Positions 1 to 11,447 of a stretch of DNA of 64,000 nucleotides are shown here, in pieces; positions within the stretch are counted from its first letter, which is position 1; every line of letters begins with the position of its first letter. Location: assembly GCF_001194135.2 (NCBI RefSeq), contig NC_068985.1:19511254-19575253 (forward strand), given 5' to 3'. Source of the DNA: Octopus bimaculoides (taxonomy: Eukaryota). The position numbers were made by a program, and so were the translations under genes. A model generated the notes under the pieces. That model had not been told where the DNA came from, ran no database searches, and worked only from the letters and a program-made list of their open reading frames with translations.

Positions 1-79
1 ATATGTTTGCATCTGCATCTGTGTTTGAGTCTGCATCTGTGTTTGAGTTTGTATCTGTGTGTCTGGGTGTGCCTCTACT

Positions 80-460
80 TAGAATTTCTTCATTTACTGC
101 TAAGCTGTCCAAATTTTTAGGGGATAAGAATACTCTATTTTTCATTTCTTCTGCTGTACAATTGTCAAATATATCAGATACCAAAGAATTGTTACATGTG
201 CATGCCTCAGGAATATCAATAGTATCTTCTGTGAGATTATCAAGAGAGCTTTGAAGAAATCCACTTTCAAGGTGTAGTAGCCACCTCAAAGACTCTTATT
301 CATTTGCTTTTGTTCTCATGAGAGTTGTATTTCATGAAAATTATCCCACATAGAGGAGTGTTTGAGGCAGGCATAAAGTACAGCTTCAGGAGGAGATCTG
401 GGAACAACTGGAAGAACTTGTCTACAATCTCCGCCTAATACGATAATTTCCCCCACCAAA
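80..460 (-). mobile_element. Helitron Rep/PIF1-type helicase fragment (frameshifted, with stops)
   Basis: Minus strand reads FGG/IIVLGGDCRQVLPVVPRSPPEAVLYACLKHSSMWDNFHEIQLS...NRVFLSPKNLDSLAVNEEIL. These match the Helitron helicase motifs GDFRQxLPVV and RAILxPxNxxxxxxN. Confidence 0.85.
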
Positions 461-549
461 TGTACTATTACTATTCATAATATCTCTTAAACAATTATCT
501 ATGGCTTTCAAAATATGAACTGGTATCATTGAAGCTTCTCTGTTACTCT

Positions 550-925
550 TTTACTTGTTTCAGTCATTTGACTGCGGCCATGCTGGAGCACCGCCTTTAG
601 TCGAGCAAATCGACCCCAGGACTTATTCTTTGGATGCCTAGTACTTATTCTATCAGTCTCTTTTGCCGTACCGCAAAGTTACGGGGACTTAAACACACCA
701 CCATCGGTTGTCAAGCGATGTTGGGGGGACAAACACAGACACAAAGATATACACACATATACATATATATACGACAGGCTTCTTTCAGTTTCCGTCTACC
801 AAATCCACTCACAAGGCGTTGGTCGGCCCGAGGCTAGAGTAGAAGACACTTACCCAAGGTGCCACGCAGTGGGAATGAACCTGGAACCATGTGGTTGGTA
901 AGCTAGCTACTTACCACACAGCCAT
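550..925 (-). mobile_element. tRNA-derived SINE, family A (octopus OR/OK-like), near full length
   Basis: Minus-strand head TGGCTGTGTGGTAAG...GGTTCCAGGTTCATTCCC has A/B-box-like motifs, followed by GCACCTTGGGTAAGTGTCTTCTAC, a central (TA/TG) microsatellite and the tail GACTGAAACAAGTAAAAG. More than 12 related copies occur in the window. Confidence 0.9.
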
Positions 926-1188
926 GAAGATTTTACTCGCCTAAGAATTTGGTGAAACATTGCACACACTTGTTTCCCTCAAAGGAATTGGAAGCTTGAA
1001 TATACTGTGAAGAGTTTCACCACCTTTCAAGAGTGTTGCAGCAATGCCAGTCCAGAAGCCAAGGGAAATAACTCGAATTTAATCCTGACTTATCTTTCTC
1101 AGTGTGACAAACACCAACGGTACATTCTTTTTTAAAATAATATACATGTCTAAAAGATGGTTCTTTCTTCTATGTATTAATACACTTT

Positions 1189-1272
1189 TACAGTCAGTGT
1201 TTGTCATGCTAAGGGAGATAAGTCAGGATTAAATTTGAGTTATTTCTCTTAGTGTGACAAACACCGATGGTA
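1189..1272. mobile_element. 84-bp palindromic MITE-like element; partial oppositely oriented copy at 1061-1122
   Basis: 33-bp arms TACAGTCAGTGTTTGTCATGCTAAGGGAGATAA / TTATTTCTCTTAGTGTGACAAACACCGATGGTA (about 26/33 complementary) around an 18-bp spacer, with TA at both ends. Confidence 0.65.
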
Positions 1273-1415
1273 CAAGCATATTAATATATAGATTGTAACT
1301 CCTTTCCTGCAATATATCATTGCCACTCAAATACAGTAACTAGCTGTTACTTACTGTCTCTGTGTGTGTCTTGGAACAGCTTGTATAAAAGCAATGCAAT
1401 AACAACAACAATGGA

Positions 1416-1466
<51 letters not shown>

Positions 1467-2010
1467 CTTTTCTACTATAAGCACAAGGCCTAAAATTTGT
1501 GAGGAGGGAGTAAGTTGATTACATTGACCTCAGTGCTGAACTGGTATTTATTTTACTGACCCTGAAAGGATGACAGGCAAAGCTGACCCTGGCACCATTT
1601 GAACTTGGAACATGAAGATAATAAAAATCCTTTCTACTATAGGTACGAGGCCTGAAATTTTAAGGGAGGTTGTAGTCAATTACATCAACCCCAGTGCTCA
1701 ATTGGTAGTTATCTCATCAACCCCAAGAGGAAGAAAGGCGAAGTCAACCTCAGTGGTATTTGAACTCAGAATGTAAAGACAGATGAAATACCACTAAGCA
1801 TTTTGTCTAGTGTGCTAACTATTCTACCAGCTCACCACCTTAATAATAACAATAATAATAAAATCTAAGTTAGGTACAAGGCCAGCAATTTTGAGGGGAA
1901 GGGATTAATCAATACCACCAACCCTAGTACTTAAGTTTATTGGCCCCAAAAAGATAAAAGGCACAGTTGAGCTTGTCAAGATTTGAATTTAGAACAAAGA
2001 ATCAGAACAA
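1467..2010 (-). mobile_element. Cluster of three family-B SINE copies embedded in (AAT)n
   Basis: Three repeats of AAGGCC..AAATTT..GGGAGGG..GATTACAT.GACC.CAGT..TGGTA.TTATTT..GA.CCC.AAAGGATGA.AGGCAAAG, separated by AAT runs. Confidence 0.85.
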
Positions 2011-2060
2011 ATACATTGGACAAAGTACATTTTGCCCAATGTATAATGATTCCCTCTATG

Positions 2061-2103
<43 letters not shown>

Positions 2104-2116
2104 CAACAACAAAAAA

Positions 2117-2712
2117 TGCCCTGATGCGGTATCAGGCAGTTGCTCTCATGGCTTCTTATCTTAACTGATTGGAAGTGTTACTTTGTTTTGTCTTGGTATA
2201 AAAGATGGGCTACAACAAATATTCTGCTCAATACTACGGAATTGTTTCACAGTTGTTTGACCTTAACCAGTTGAGCATGTACCTAAGTGGCTGACGATAT
2301 GTACATCTCTGATCATGAGCAGTAGTAGTGGGGGAGCATCAAAGTCATGTGTTGAAAGGAATTCTTTGGGGTCTGAATAATTCCCCTTTGGAAACATGGG
2401 TGTTTAGTTCAACATCCTTAAGCAAACCTTATTCAGGGACCTCTTTTGAGTGGGATGGGCTGCTTGACCTGAAGAAAATTCTAACTGGGTGCCACCTGCA
2501 AGGTCATGTGCTGTTTATCTTGATATGAGATCACCATGTCATGCACATATATGGTTGTGATGCATGTGCCTGGTGCACCCTTATCAGATGGGTAGTCATG
2601 ATGGGTATACTGGGCTTCGTATATTTTACCCCAGTGTCATTTCGATGGCATGCACTGCTCTCTTACATAATAATAATAATAATAATAATAACAACAATAA
2701 CAATAATAATAA
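2117..2712 (+). mobile_element. Non-coding 3' portion of a retroelement ending in an (AAT)n tail (unclassified)
   Basis: Higher-GC non-coding block ending ...CCCCAGTGTCATTTCGATGGCATGCACTGCTCTCTTAC followed by (AAT)n. Class is inferred from the tail structure only. Confidence 0.5.
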
Positions 2713-2907
2713 AATGATGATATCATCAGTAATTGATATCATCATCATTTTAATGTACATTTTGCTATGGTGTCATGGATACCAATTTTTTTATGTTTGT
2801 GTATTTTTATGGACATATGTATTTTTTTAATCTACAGACATAGAAACAAACATATATTAAATGTAGTTCATATTGGTAAAAATTGCAAAATAATCAATAC
2901 ATGCCTT

Positions 2908-3132
2908 TTAACCATTTTGATAGCAACCTATCTGAGACTATCTCTGGTTCTACACACTTCCTATTTTAAAGTGATCTAAATTAATACTTTCCATCAAAAT
3001 TTATGTTAATTTATGTTCCAAACACCAGCTTAATAACAACATAGTTATTTTACTGAATTCTTCATCATTTTCAAAATTAATTGAAAACAAATGTAGTGTA
3101 TTTCAACAGAAATATGGTAACAAAAAGATTAG
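2908..3132. mobile_element. Degenerate TTAA-type (piggyBac-like) MITE
   Basis: Left end TTAACCATTTTGATAGC and right end GGTAACAAAAAGATTA approximate TTAACCCTTT...AAAGGGTTAA termini. Confidence 0.5.
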
Positions 3133-3951
3133 AACTAGTTGTCATTACAGACATTTCATCATTGCACACAGTTATAATTTAGAGAGACAAGTCTCTGATT
3201 TAAAACACAGTGATCATGCAAAAATAAGAAGTCTACATGCATGAACACACACACAAAATACAAACAGATGTAAGATTGTTGAAGCAATAAACAAATTTAG
3301 GCTTGCCGACATTAAACAAAAAACCATGGAAAGCAAACTTCACTTGTATAATGACATCCAGCATGCATATTGGGGTTACTAAAACAAAGACTTTCATGTA
3401 CATGTTTGTTGCCTACAAAAAAACTTCTAATTTTCTACTACCATCTAGTGATTACTTTTGTTCCAGATAATTTCTGAATAAATCATTAAGTATAAGATAT
3501 TCATCATATTTATGTAGTAAGAAAACAAGCAAATTTTGGCTCAGTTACTAATAATATTTTAATTACTTCAGCAAGCAAGTATGGGAGCTAACTCCACACA
3601 TATTTCAGTCTTATTAGACCTCCTCAATAAAGCATAAACTTCACTGTTCTTGCTTAAATAGTGATAAAAGAAACACTCAGCAGGTATATACTATATATAT
3701 GAGTAAGCATAAAAGAATTAGGTCGTCATTATCATCATTAGTTAACACCTACTTTTCCATGTTTGCATCAGTTAGATGGAATTCACTGAGGAAGATTTTT
3801 TATAGCTGGATAACCTTCCTGCCATCAATCCTCAGCAGTTTCCAAGCAAGGCATTATTTTCCCCATGACCAGATATGTTTTCATGGAAGATTGGAAACAA
3901 AGGACACGGCTTGTATTCACAACTATCAAATGATATCAAAGAAAGGAAACA

Positions 3952-3952
<1 letters not shown>

Positions 3953-4026
<74 letters not shown>

Positions 4027-4180
4027 CAAGCTACTTTCAGTTTCCATCTATCAAATCCACTTACAAGACTTTGGTTGGCTGAGGTCTATAGTAAAAGATC
4101 CTTGTCCAAGATTCCATACAATGGGACTGAACCCAAAACAAGATCATTGACAAGTAATCTTCTTAACCACACAGCCATGC
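3953..4180 (-). mobile_element. (CA)n microsatellite plus 5' half of a family-A SINE
   Basis: About 72 bp of (CA)n, then TTTCAGTTTCCATCTATCAAATCCACTTACAAG...CTTAACCACACAGCCAT. Confidence 0.85.
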
Positions 4181-6289
4181 TTGTACCATTAAAAAAATCA
4201 CTGATATTAATTACACAGTGACTTCATCTGCATGAAAAATAATAATTAAGTTAGTGTAAACATATTTAATATAGGGAACCTCAAAAACTGACTCCCATAT
4301 TTACTAAAATGATTAGAACTATATTTGTTCCTCATCATATAATTATAACTAATTAGATTTTTGATGCTTATTACATTAAATATATTAACGCAAATTTAAC
4401 TATCATTCTTACTGTGGATTGGAATTTCTGAATAATTCATCTTAGTGATATATTTTGTTTCGATATTTCATACAATTTACTTTTCTTCAGAAAGCCTTTA
4501 TCACAGAATTAACTGTTCTCTAAATATCTTCAAACCAGCCAAAAAACTGTTCTTCATCCAAAATACAGCGCTACTTTAGTTAACTACATAATCAAAATCT
4601 ACCTGTTACTACTACTGACTAATCATCAAAACCAAGCCACAGTAGCTCATGATGTTAGCTGCAATACATACACCTGCAGTTGCACCTATTGCTCTTTTCT
4701 GCTTCCATTAGTTTTACTGGTTGCACAATGCATGTATGCAACAAGGTGATTTCATTGGTGCTATGAAGCCTTACAAGCCTCTGCTACTAGCTATTTCTTC
4801 AATCCTGGATATGTTCACCCTCAGACTTTTTTTAACCAAGTTCACACTACAGAAATATGATTTTCTACAGTTCTTCATTTAAGACAGATCGATGGCATCT
4901 GAAGTCATCATGTGCATTATTTCCTCTACCTTTATGGGTTCCAGTTCAAAGGCTATGGCCATGCTGGGGCACCCAGAAAATTCCAAATAGATGTTCTTGT
5001 ATATAAATATCTCATATCAGTTATTCAAATAAAAGGAAAAATCATAATGAAACTAATACAATACAAATTATAATATAAAAAAATCTATAATACAATAAAA
5101 ATACTATTTACTCAATGACAGAATAATTTTTGCTTTGATAAAAAAGACCAGATTAAAGGCCAGTGATAAAGAAAAAGGTTACCTGATTTAGGCTTACAAT
5201 ATGCCATGCAGTAAAACTGAGTCACTAAATTGTTTAATTACTAGCTATGAATTAACAGCTTTATTATTATTTAGTGAGGTTTATTCAGTGAGGTTATTCA
5301 CTTATTCAAATATATCAGCGATTTTTTTTGCTTTTTGTTCTTTTTTTTTTTTGCTTCTTACAAGCAAGTTATTCAACCGTGAGTAATGTTTTGTTACAAA
5401 AAAATGAATTGCTCAAACAATACAGATAGTAAAGATATATTAATAAACATTGTTTTCACAATAGGTTTTGGGATTTTGAAAAAAGTTTTCAAAAGAATAA
5501 TTCTTGCAGCAGGAAACAATATTATAATTGTTTTTCTAATAAAAAGAAAAGAAAGAAAACAGGTTACTAAAATACTGACAAAAGATATATGTGATAAAAA
5601 TGTTAGATCAACATAACTAAACAAATGGCTAAATGAACTATTTGAATTCATTCTATTCTTTATAAAAAGACAAAAGACCACCAGCCAAAGGTACTGCTTT
5701 CGACATCAAGTAACAGCATTGTTTCTACCTGAGGAATTGGTAGTTTGTAACACATTGCCTTCAATGAACTAAGTATTCAACGGGCACTTCACATTCAATG
5801 TTTTAGTCACAAAAAGATACCATGAAGAGGTACCAAAGGGAACGTTTTTCCTTAGACAATAGGAACACTATATAATTGATAAGCTATTTTGTTGATTTCT
5901 TGCAATGACAATTTAACTTTTTACAAGGATATGTTTAGTTAAGTCAACAGCTTGTTTCACATCCAAAAAGGGAAGATGTTCCTTACTATGTTGTATAAGC
6001 TGGAGTAAACCCCATGGCTCATTATCTCCAACACAGGTTGTTTCTCACTGCTGTGTACACAGTGCATACAAAGATTTGCAGTGAAGGAGCTTTCTCTATT
6101 TGATCTACTCTATTACACTCTTACTTCATGGCACTTTAGATTCTCCTCCTAAACTGTGTATTAATTTAACCCCAAGAGTTTATCAACCCTTTTAATACAC
6201 ATATATCTAAGAGTGTCTTTATATATATTTAAAAAAAAAGCCCCAGAAAAGTGGTTTGCACATTAGCAATGATTCATTTCTTAACAAGG

Positions 6290-7140
6290 TTACTTAAAAT
6301 GATACAACTGGAAGCATAAAACAAACAATAAAACCCCTGAAGCCTCCATCATTGCAAACAAGAAATATATTAGGTCAAGTTCAATATCCTCAAGATAACG
6401 GAATATCGGCTGTATGGGAAACAGACCAATGCTCATCCTCCTTTCGTAAATTACTATGGCTCATTGCTAAAGACAGCAAGAACAATATGTGATGAGAAAT
6501 GTTTCAATAAATTCCAGTGCAGGAATTAATTAGCTACAAAAGAGGCATGAACATTTTGTAAAGAGTTGATTTAATGAGGCAATATGAGAACTAATTTAGT
6601 AATAGTGAAACAAAAGTCAGTAATAGCAAAAAGAACAGCACTAACAATGTAGCACTAGAAACTCACTTTGTAACCATGTCAATTCAGATTTAGTTCCATG
6701 GCACCTTCTATAAAATTATAGAAGCACTGATGACAATTCAAAACCAACAGAAGCACTGATGACAATTCAAAATCAACAGAATCTGGGAGAGGAATTCCAC
6801 CCTTACTCAGGGAAATATATGAAGCAGAGCTAAAAAAGCAGGGATCCAACTGGAGAGAAGCAGAAAAACCACCCACAGTTGAGAAAAGTCACTAATGACC
6901 TCTGTTTCATAGAGAGTGAAGGGCTTATGTAGCCATTAGGTCTGCCATTAAGTACAGATGGAAAGAATTTAGTTGAATTGAGAATTATACATAAAAGAAT
7001 AAGAAAGGAATGAAAGAATAGCAAGAGGGGAATATGTAGTAACTTGTATCTCTGTAAAAATGTGAAACAACACAAGATTAAATTTTATTTGCAAGGAATG
7101 TGGAAAGGAAAAACATGTAGAATTTCAAAAATGAAGTAAA
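6290..7140 (+). mobile_element. Highly decayed piggyBac-like transposase remnant
   Basis: TTGSIKQTIKPLKPP...QDNGISAVW/NRPMLILLS resembles the GTxRxN...WxDxxxVxxLS region. A Cys-rich end (RGICSNLYLCKNVKQHKIKF/CKECGK) resembles the piggyBac C-terminal domain. Many stops and frameshifts. Confidence 0.45.
6721..6778. repeat. 29-bp tandem duplication
   Basis: GAAGCACTGATGACAATTCAAAA(C/T)CAACA x2, one mismatch. Confidence 0.95.
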
Positions 7141-7959
7141 TGTCATCAAGTAATATGTAGCTATAATACAAGTTTCATATATCGGATGAGTAAGAGAATN
7201 NNNNNNNNNNNNNNNNNNNNNNNNNNNNNNNNNNNNNNNNNNNNNNNNNNNNNNNNNNNNNNNNNNNNNNNNNNNNNNNNNNNNNNNNNNNNNNNNNNNN
7301 NNNNNNNNNNNNNNNNNNNNNNNNNNNNNNNNNNNNNNNNNNNNNNNNNNNNNNNNNNNNNNNNNNNNNNNNNNNNNNNNNNNNNNNNNNNNNNNNNNNN
7401 NNNNNNNNNNNNNNNNNNNNNNNNNNNNNNNNNNNNNNNNNNNNNNNNNNNNNNNNNNNNNNNNNNNNNNNNNNNNNNNNNNNNNNNNNNNNNNNNNNNN
7501 NNNNNNNNNNNNNNNNNNNNNNNNNNNNNNNNNNNNNNNNNNNNNNNNNNNNNNNNNNNNNNNNNNNNNNNNNNNNNNNNNNNNNNNNNNNNNNNNNNNN
7601 NNNNNNNNNNNNNNNNNNNNNNNNNNNNNNNNNNNNNNNNNNNNNNNNNNNNNNNNNNNNNNNNNNNNNNNNNNNNNNNNNNNNNNNNNNNNNNNNNNNN
7701 NNNNNNNNNNNNNNNNNNNNNNNNNNNNNNNNNNNNNNNNNNNNNNNNNNNNNNNNNNNNNNNNNNNNNNNNNNNNNNNNNNNNNNNNNNNNNNNNNNNN
7801 NNNNNGCTGCAGTAAACTACTTGTGGATTTCTTAATGGAATATTTTTGTCTTTTCTTGAACCTCTGGACTCATAAGGCTGGTTGCTAAATTTCTATGGTG
7901 AATAAATGACTGAGACTTCAAGACAACATCTGAACAGGATGTCAGTCTGTTGTAGTGTT

Positions 7960-8160
7960 TAAGGCCAACAATTTTGAAGGGAGGGGACAAGTCGATTACA
8001 TCAAACCCCAGTACTTGACTAGTACTTTATTTTATAAACCCCAAAAAGATGAAAAACAAAGTTGACCTTGACAAGATTTGAACTCAGAACTTGAGTCAAA
8101 AGAAATGCTGCCAAGTATTTTATCTGATGTGCTAACAATTCTGCCAGCTCACTGCCTTGA
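7960..8160 (-). mobile_element. Family-B SINE
   Basis: AAGGCCAACAATTTTGAAGGGAGGGG...GTTGACCTTGACAAGATTTGAACTCAGAAC...CTGCCAGCTCACTGCCTT. Confidence 0.85.
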
Positions 8161-9084
8161 AATGAATATAGACTTAAGATATAGAAAACTTGTATAAAAA
8201 TAAATAAAGAGTGAATAAAAATTTTGGTTAAACTATCATTTTACTAGGTGAGTGTGGAGGGAGACATTCATAGCCAATCAATGTCTTAGAATTCCTATTA
8301 TATTTTTATGATTAAATATTAGGAATTGTATTAAAAAGATGCTTCAATATTTTATGTGTTGTAGAAATATAACCACTTCATTGCATGTAAATTTCACAAA
8401 ATCTTATTTGGACCTCCAATGGTTGTATGGACCCTGGTTGGGAAAACTAGATTAAAGACTTAAGTGTTAAAAGAATTGAGGTATAAAGAAAGAACATCAA
8501 GATATAAAGATATGCAAACAATAAAGGATAAAAAAATTAAGTCATAAAAATCCTGTGGAAGTGGTGAAGTAGGTAAATAAAAGCGTCTCATGACATTTGT
8601 TTTTGCTTTTTATTGGAGCAGGTGGTAAGAGCTGGATAGTTAAAATTTTTGGTTTTACAACCAGTTTTGGCTGAAGCTTCACAGTAGCATTTGGATGCAT
8701 TATGAGAAATCTGCTCATTAGCTGAAAGTTGGGAAAATCTAAACGAGATGTTTAGAAACAGATTGTGAATTATCTCTAGGGAGGTTTGAGAGTCTATAGA
8801 CAGTAACTTTCATTAGACTGTTGATGTCTGAAATGAAGGGGATTACAGAGGTCAAAGATAACATCAAGATAGGTATACTTTTGTGAGATGAGCTTCAACA
8901 GCTATTTGAAAACAGAAATTCTTGAAGAAATCATGAAGGGTTTACAATCCAGATTCTACTTCTCATACCAGTAGCAAAAAAAAAAAAAAAATAAAAAGAT
9001 ATAAAAAGAAACATTATCCGGTACTCATTCCTACTCCATATCATAGTCACTACACCATTCGCTCAAAACTTCCTAGAAATCATT

Positions 9085-9260
9085 TCTACTTAAGTTGCAT
9101 TTCATCCATCTTTACATTCTGAGATTAAATCCTGAGATTGACTTTGCTTTTCTTCTTTTCAAGAGTCAATAAAATAAAGTACCAGTGAAACATGGGATTA
9201 ATGTAAATGACTATCCCCCTTCCCCAAAATTTCAGGCCTTGTATCTATAAGAGAAAGAAA
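9085..9260 (+). mobile_element. Family-B SINE (forward orientation)
   Basis: TTCTGAGATTAAATCCTGAGATTGACTTTGCTTTTCTTCTTTTC...AAATAAAGTACCAG...AAAATTTCAGGCCTTGT. Confidence 0.75.
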
Positions 9261-10144
9261 TATAGCTTGGGAACACAAGCACTTCTTTAAATTCACTACC
9301 TTCCATTCATTAGCACTAATGCAGTAACATGGGTATCAGCTTTCATTAGTTTAGATTCCTACAAAATCACAAGTTACTTTCCAAGTTGAAAACAATAGAA
9401 TGTGCAACTTGCTGTTGATTCTCATTGCATTGGTGCTATAACACCGTTCTTTTAGTGCATCAACAAGGATACAAAACTTATGTATGTAACTAGGAAATGT
9501 GGCACTGTGAACAAGTGACTTGAACTGTAGCCTCAAAGTGACCAATACTTTGTGAGTTAAACTGATAGATAGAAACTATATGGAAATACATAATTACTGT
9601 GTGTTTGTGATCCCACCTGTCTTGCCATTGTTTACATTGTTAAAACATAAAACATTTTCACTGTTTAGAGAGGGTCAGCTTTTAATCCCTGCTGTAATAA
9701 CACATCCAGCTATTGAGCAGTTCATTATGTGAAAGGCCAAGGGATTAAGTACCTTCCTTGGTAACAAGTGAAGGTTGACAACAGGAACAGCTTCTGGTTG
9801 AAGAATACACTTCAACAGATTCTGATACAAGCCATGCCTGCTTGGTAAAAAAAAAAGGACATAAAAATGATGACGAACTTGTAAATAATTAAACAACCAA
9901 ACATATATTTCTACTGTCCTGGCATATGTCCATTGTTTAGTGCAAGGCCTGTGTTTTTGTATTCATGAATATTAATGAAACTAAGATTTTGTTTTCATCA
10001 AAGTGTCATTGTGTCTGACACTGGCAACCTATCACTGTTAACCGGGCAATTATGGAGAAATAAAAAAAAAACATAAAAAGAGGGTAATAGTGCAAATATA
10101 AAGCCACAAAGGTACAAAAAAAATCTAAATAATTATAATAATAA

Positions 10145-10480
10145 TTGTTTCAGATTTTGGCATAAGGCCAGCAATTTTGGTAGGAGAGTGGGGGTTAGTC
10201 AATTACAATTGCCCCAGTACACAACTGGTACTTATTTGATGAACCCTGAAAGGATGAAAGGCAAAGTCAGCCATAGTGGAATTTGAACAAAGAACATAGT
10301 ATTTTGCCTGGTGTACTAACAATTCTGCCAGCTCTCCACCTTAACAACAACAATAAAGCACTTTCAACACAGTGAAAATAAGAGCACCACAACAAACCAC
10401 AACAAACCACAGCACATACCCAAGGCACACAGAGTTGTGCTTGGTAGTGTGGTGAAAGCACATGAAAAAAAATAAGACTA

Positions 10481-10535
<55 letters not shown>

Positions 10536-11447
10536 GTTAAAATTTGGCACAAGGCCAGCAAATTTAGGGATAGAGTATAGTTGATTACATCAACCACAGT
10601 ACTTGATTGGTACTTTATTTTATTAACCCCAGAGGGATAAAAGTTAACCTCAGCTGGATTTGAACACAGAATATAATGAGTCAGAAGAAATACCACTAGG
10701 CATTTTGTCCAATGGGCTAATGATTCTGCCAGTTATTAGGGAGAGGGCGAGCCAATTACATCAACCCCAGTTCTCATCTGGTACTTTGTCCCAAAAGGAC
10801 AAAAGGCAAAGTTGGCCTTAGCAGAACTTGAACTCAAAAGATAAAGCCAGAAAAAATGCTTCTACGCACTTTGTCTGGCATGCTAACAATTTTGGCAGCT
10901 TGCCGCCTTCCAGTTATTAATAATGGTTTCAAATTTTGACACCAGGCCAGCAATTTCGGGAGAGGGGATAAGTCAATTACATCGACCTCAGGACTCAGCT
11001 GTTACTTATTTTATCGACCCCGAAATAATGAAAGACAAAGTCGACCTTGGCAGAATTTGAACTCAGAATGTAAAGATGGATGAAATGTCACTATGCACTT
11101 TGCCTGGCGTGCCAATGATTCTGCCAGTTCACTGCCTTCAAAACGTTGAAGGGTAACCATGGAATTCAAATGCACATCTTCAGTACACATGACAAGAGTA
11201 CTGCAATTGGACCAAACCAGTTATTATTAATAATAATGATAATAATAATTCTTTCTACTATACACACAAAACCGGAAATTTTGGGGAAGCACAAGGCCTC
11301 AAATTTGTGGGGTGGGGACTAGTTGATTATATCGACCCCAGTGTTTCACTGGTACTTAATTTATTGACCCCAAAAGGATAAAAGGCAAAGTTGACCTTGG
11401 CAGAATTTGAATTCAGCATACTAATGATTCTGCCAGCTCACCGCCTT
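10145..11447 (-). mobile_element. Head-to-tail array of about six family-B SINE copies
   Basis: Copies at about 10145-10342, 10533-10735, 10736-10909, 10920-11138, 11255-11290 (tail only) and 11290-11447. All share one orientation and most are separated by AAT/ACT runs. Confidence 0.9.

Noticed and set aside
3-254. Plus-strand 83-aa ORF
   Set aside because: Antisense shadow of the Helitron helicase fragment plus an 18-bp tandem repeat at 8-60.
3699-4150. ORFs with HT/CV, YI, N, I or ER runs (also 1967-2168, 14941-15361, 22347-22941 and others)
   Set aside because: Translations of (CA)n, (TA)n, (AAT)n and (GA)n microsatellites.
5386-5681. Overlapping ORFs on both strands (K/I-rich and F/L-rich)
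   Set aside because: Low-complexity AT-rich DNA with no splice or homology support.
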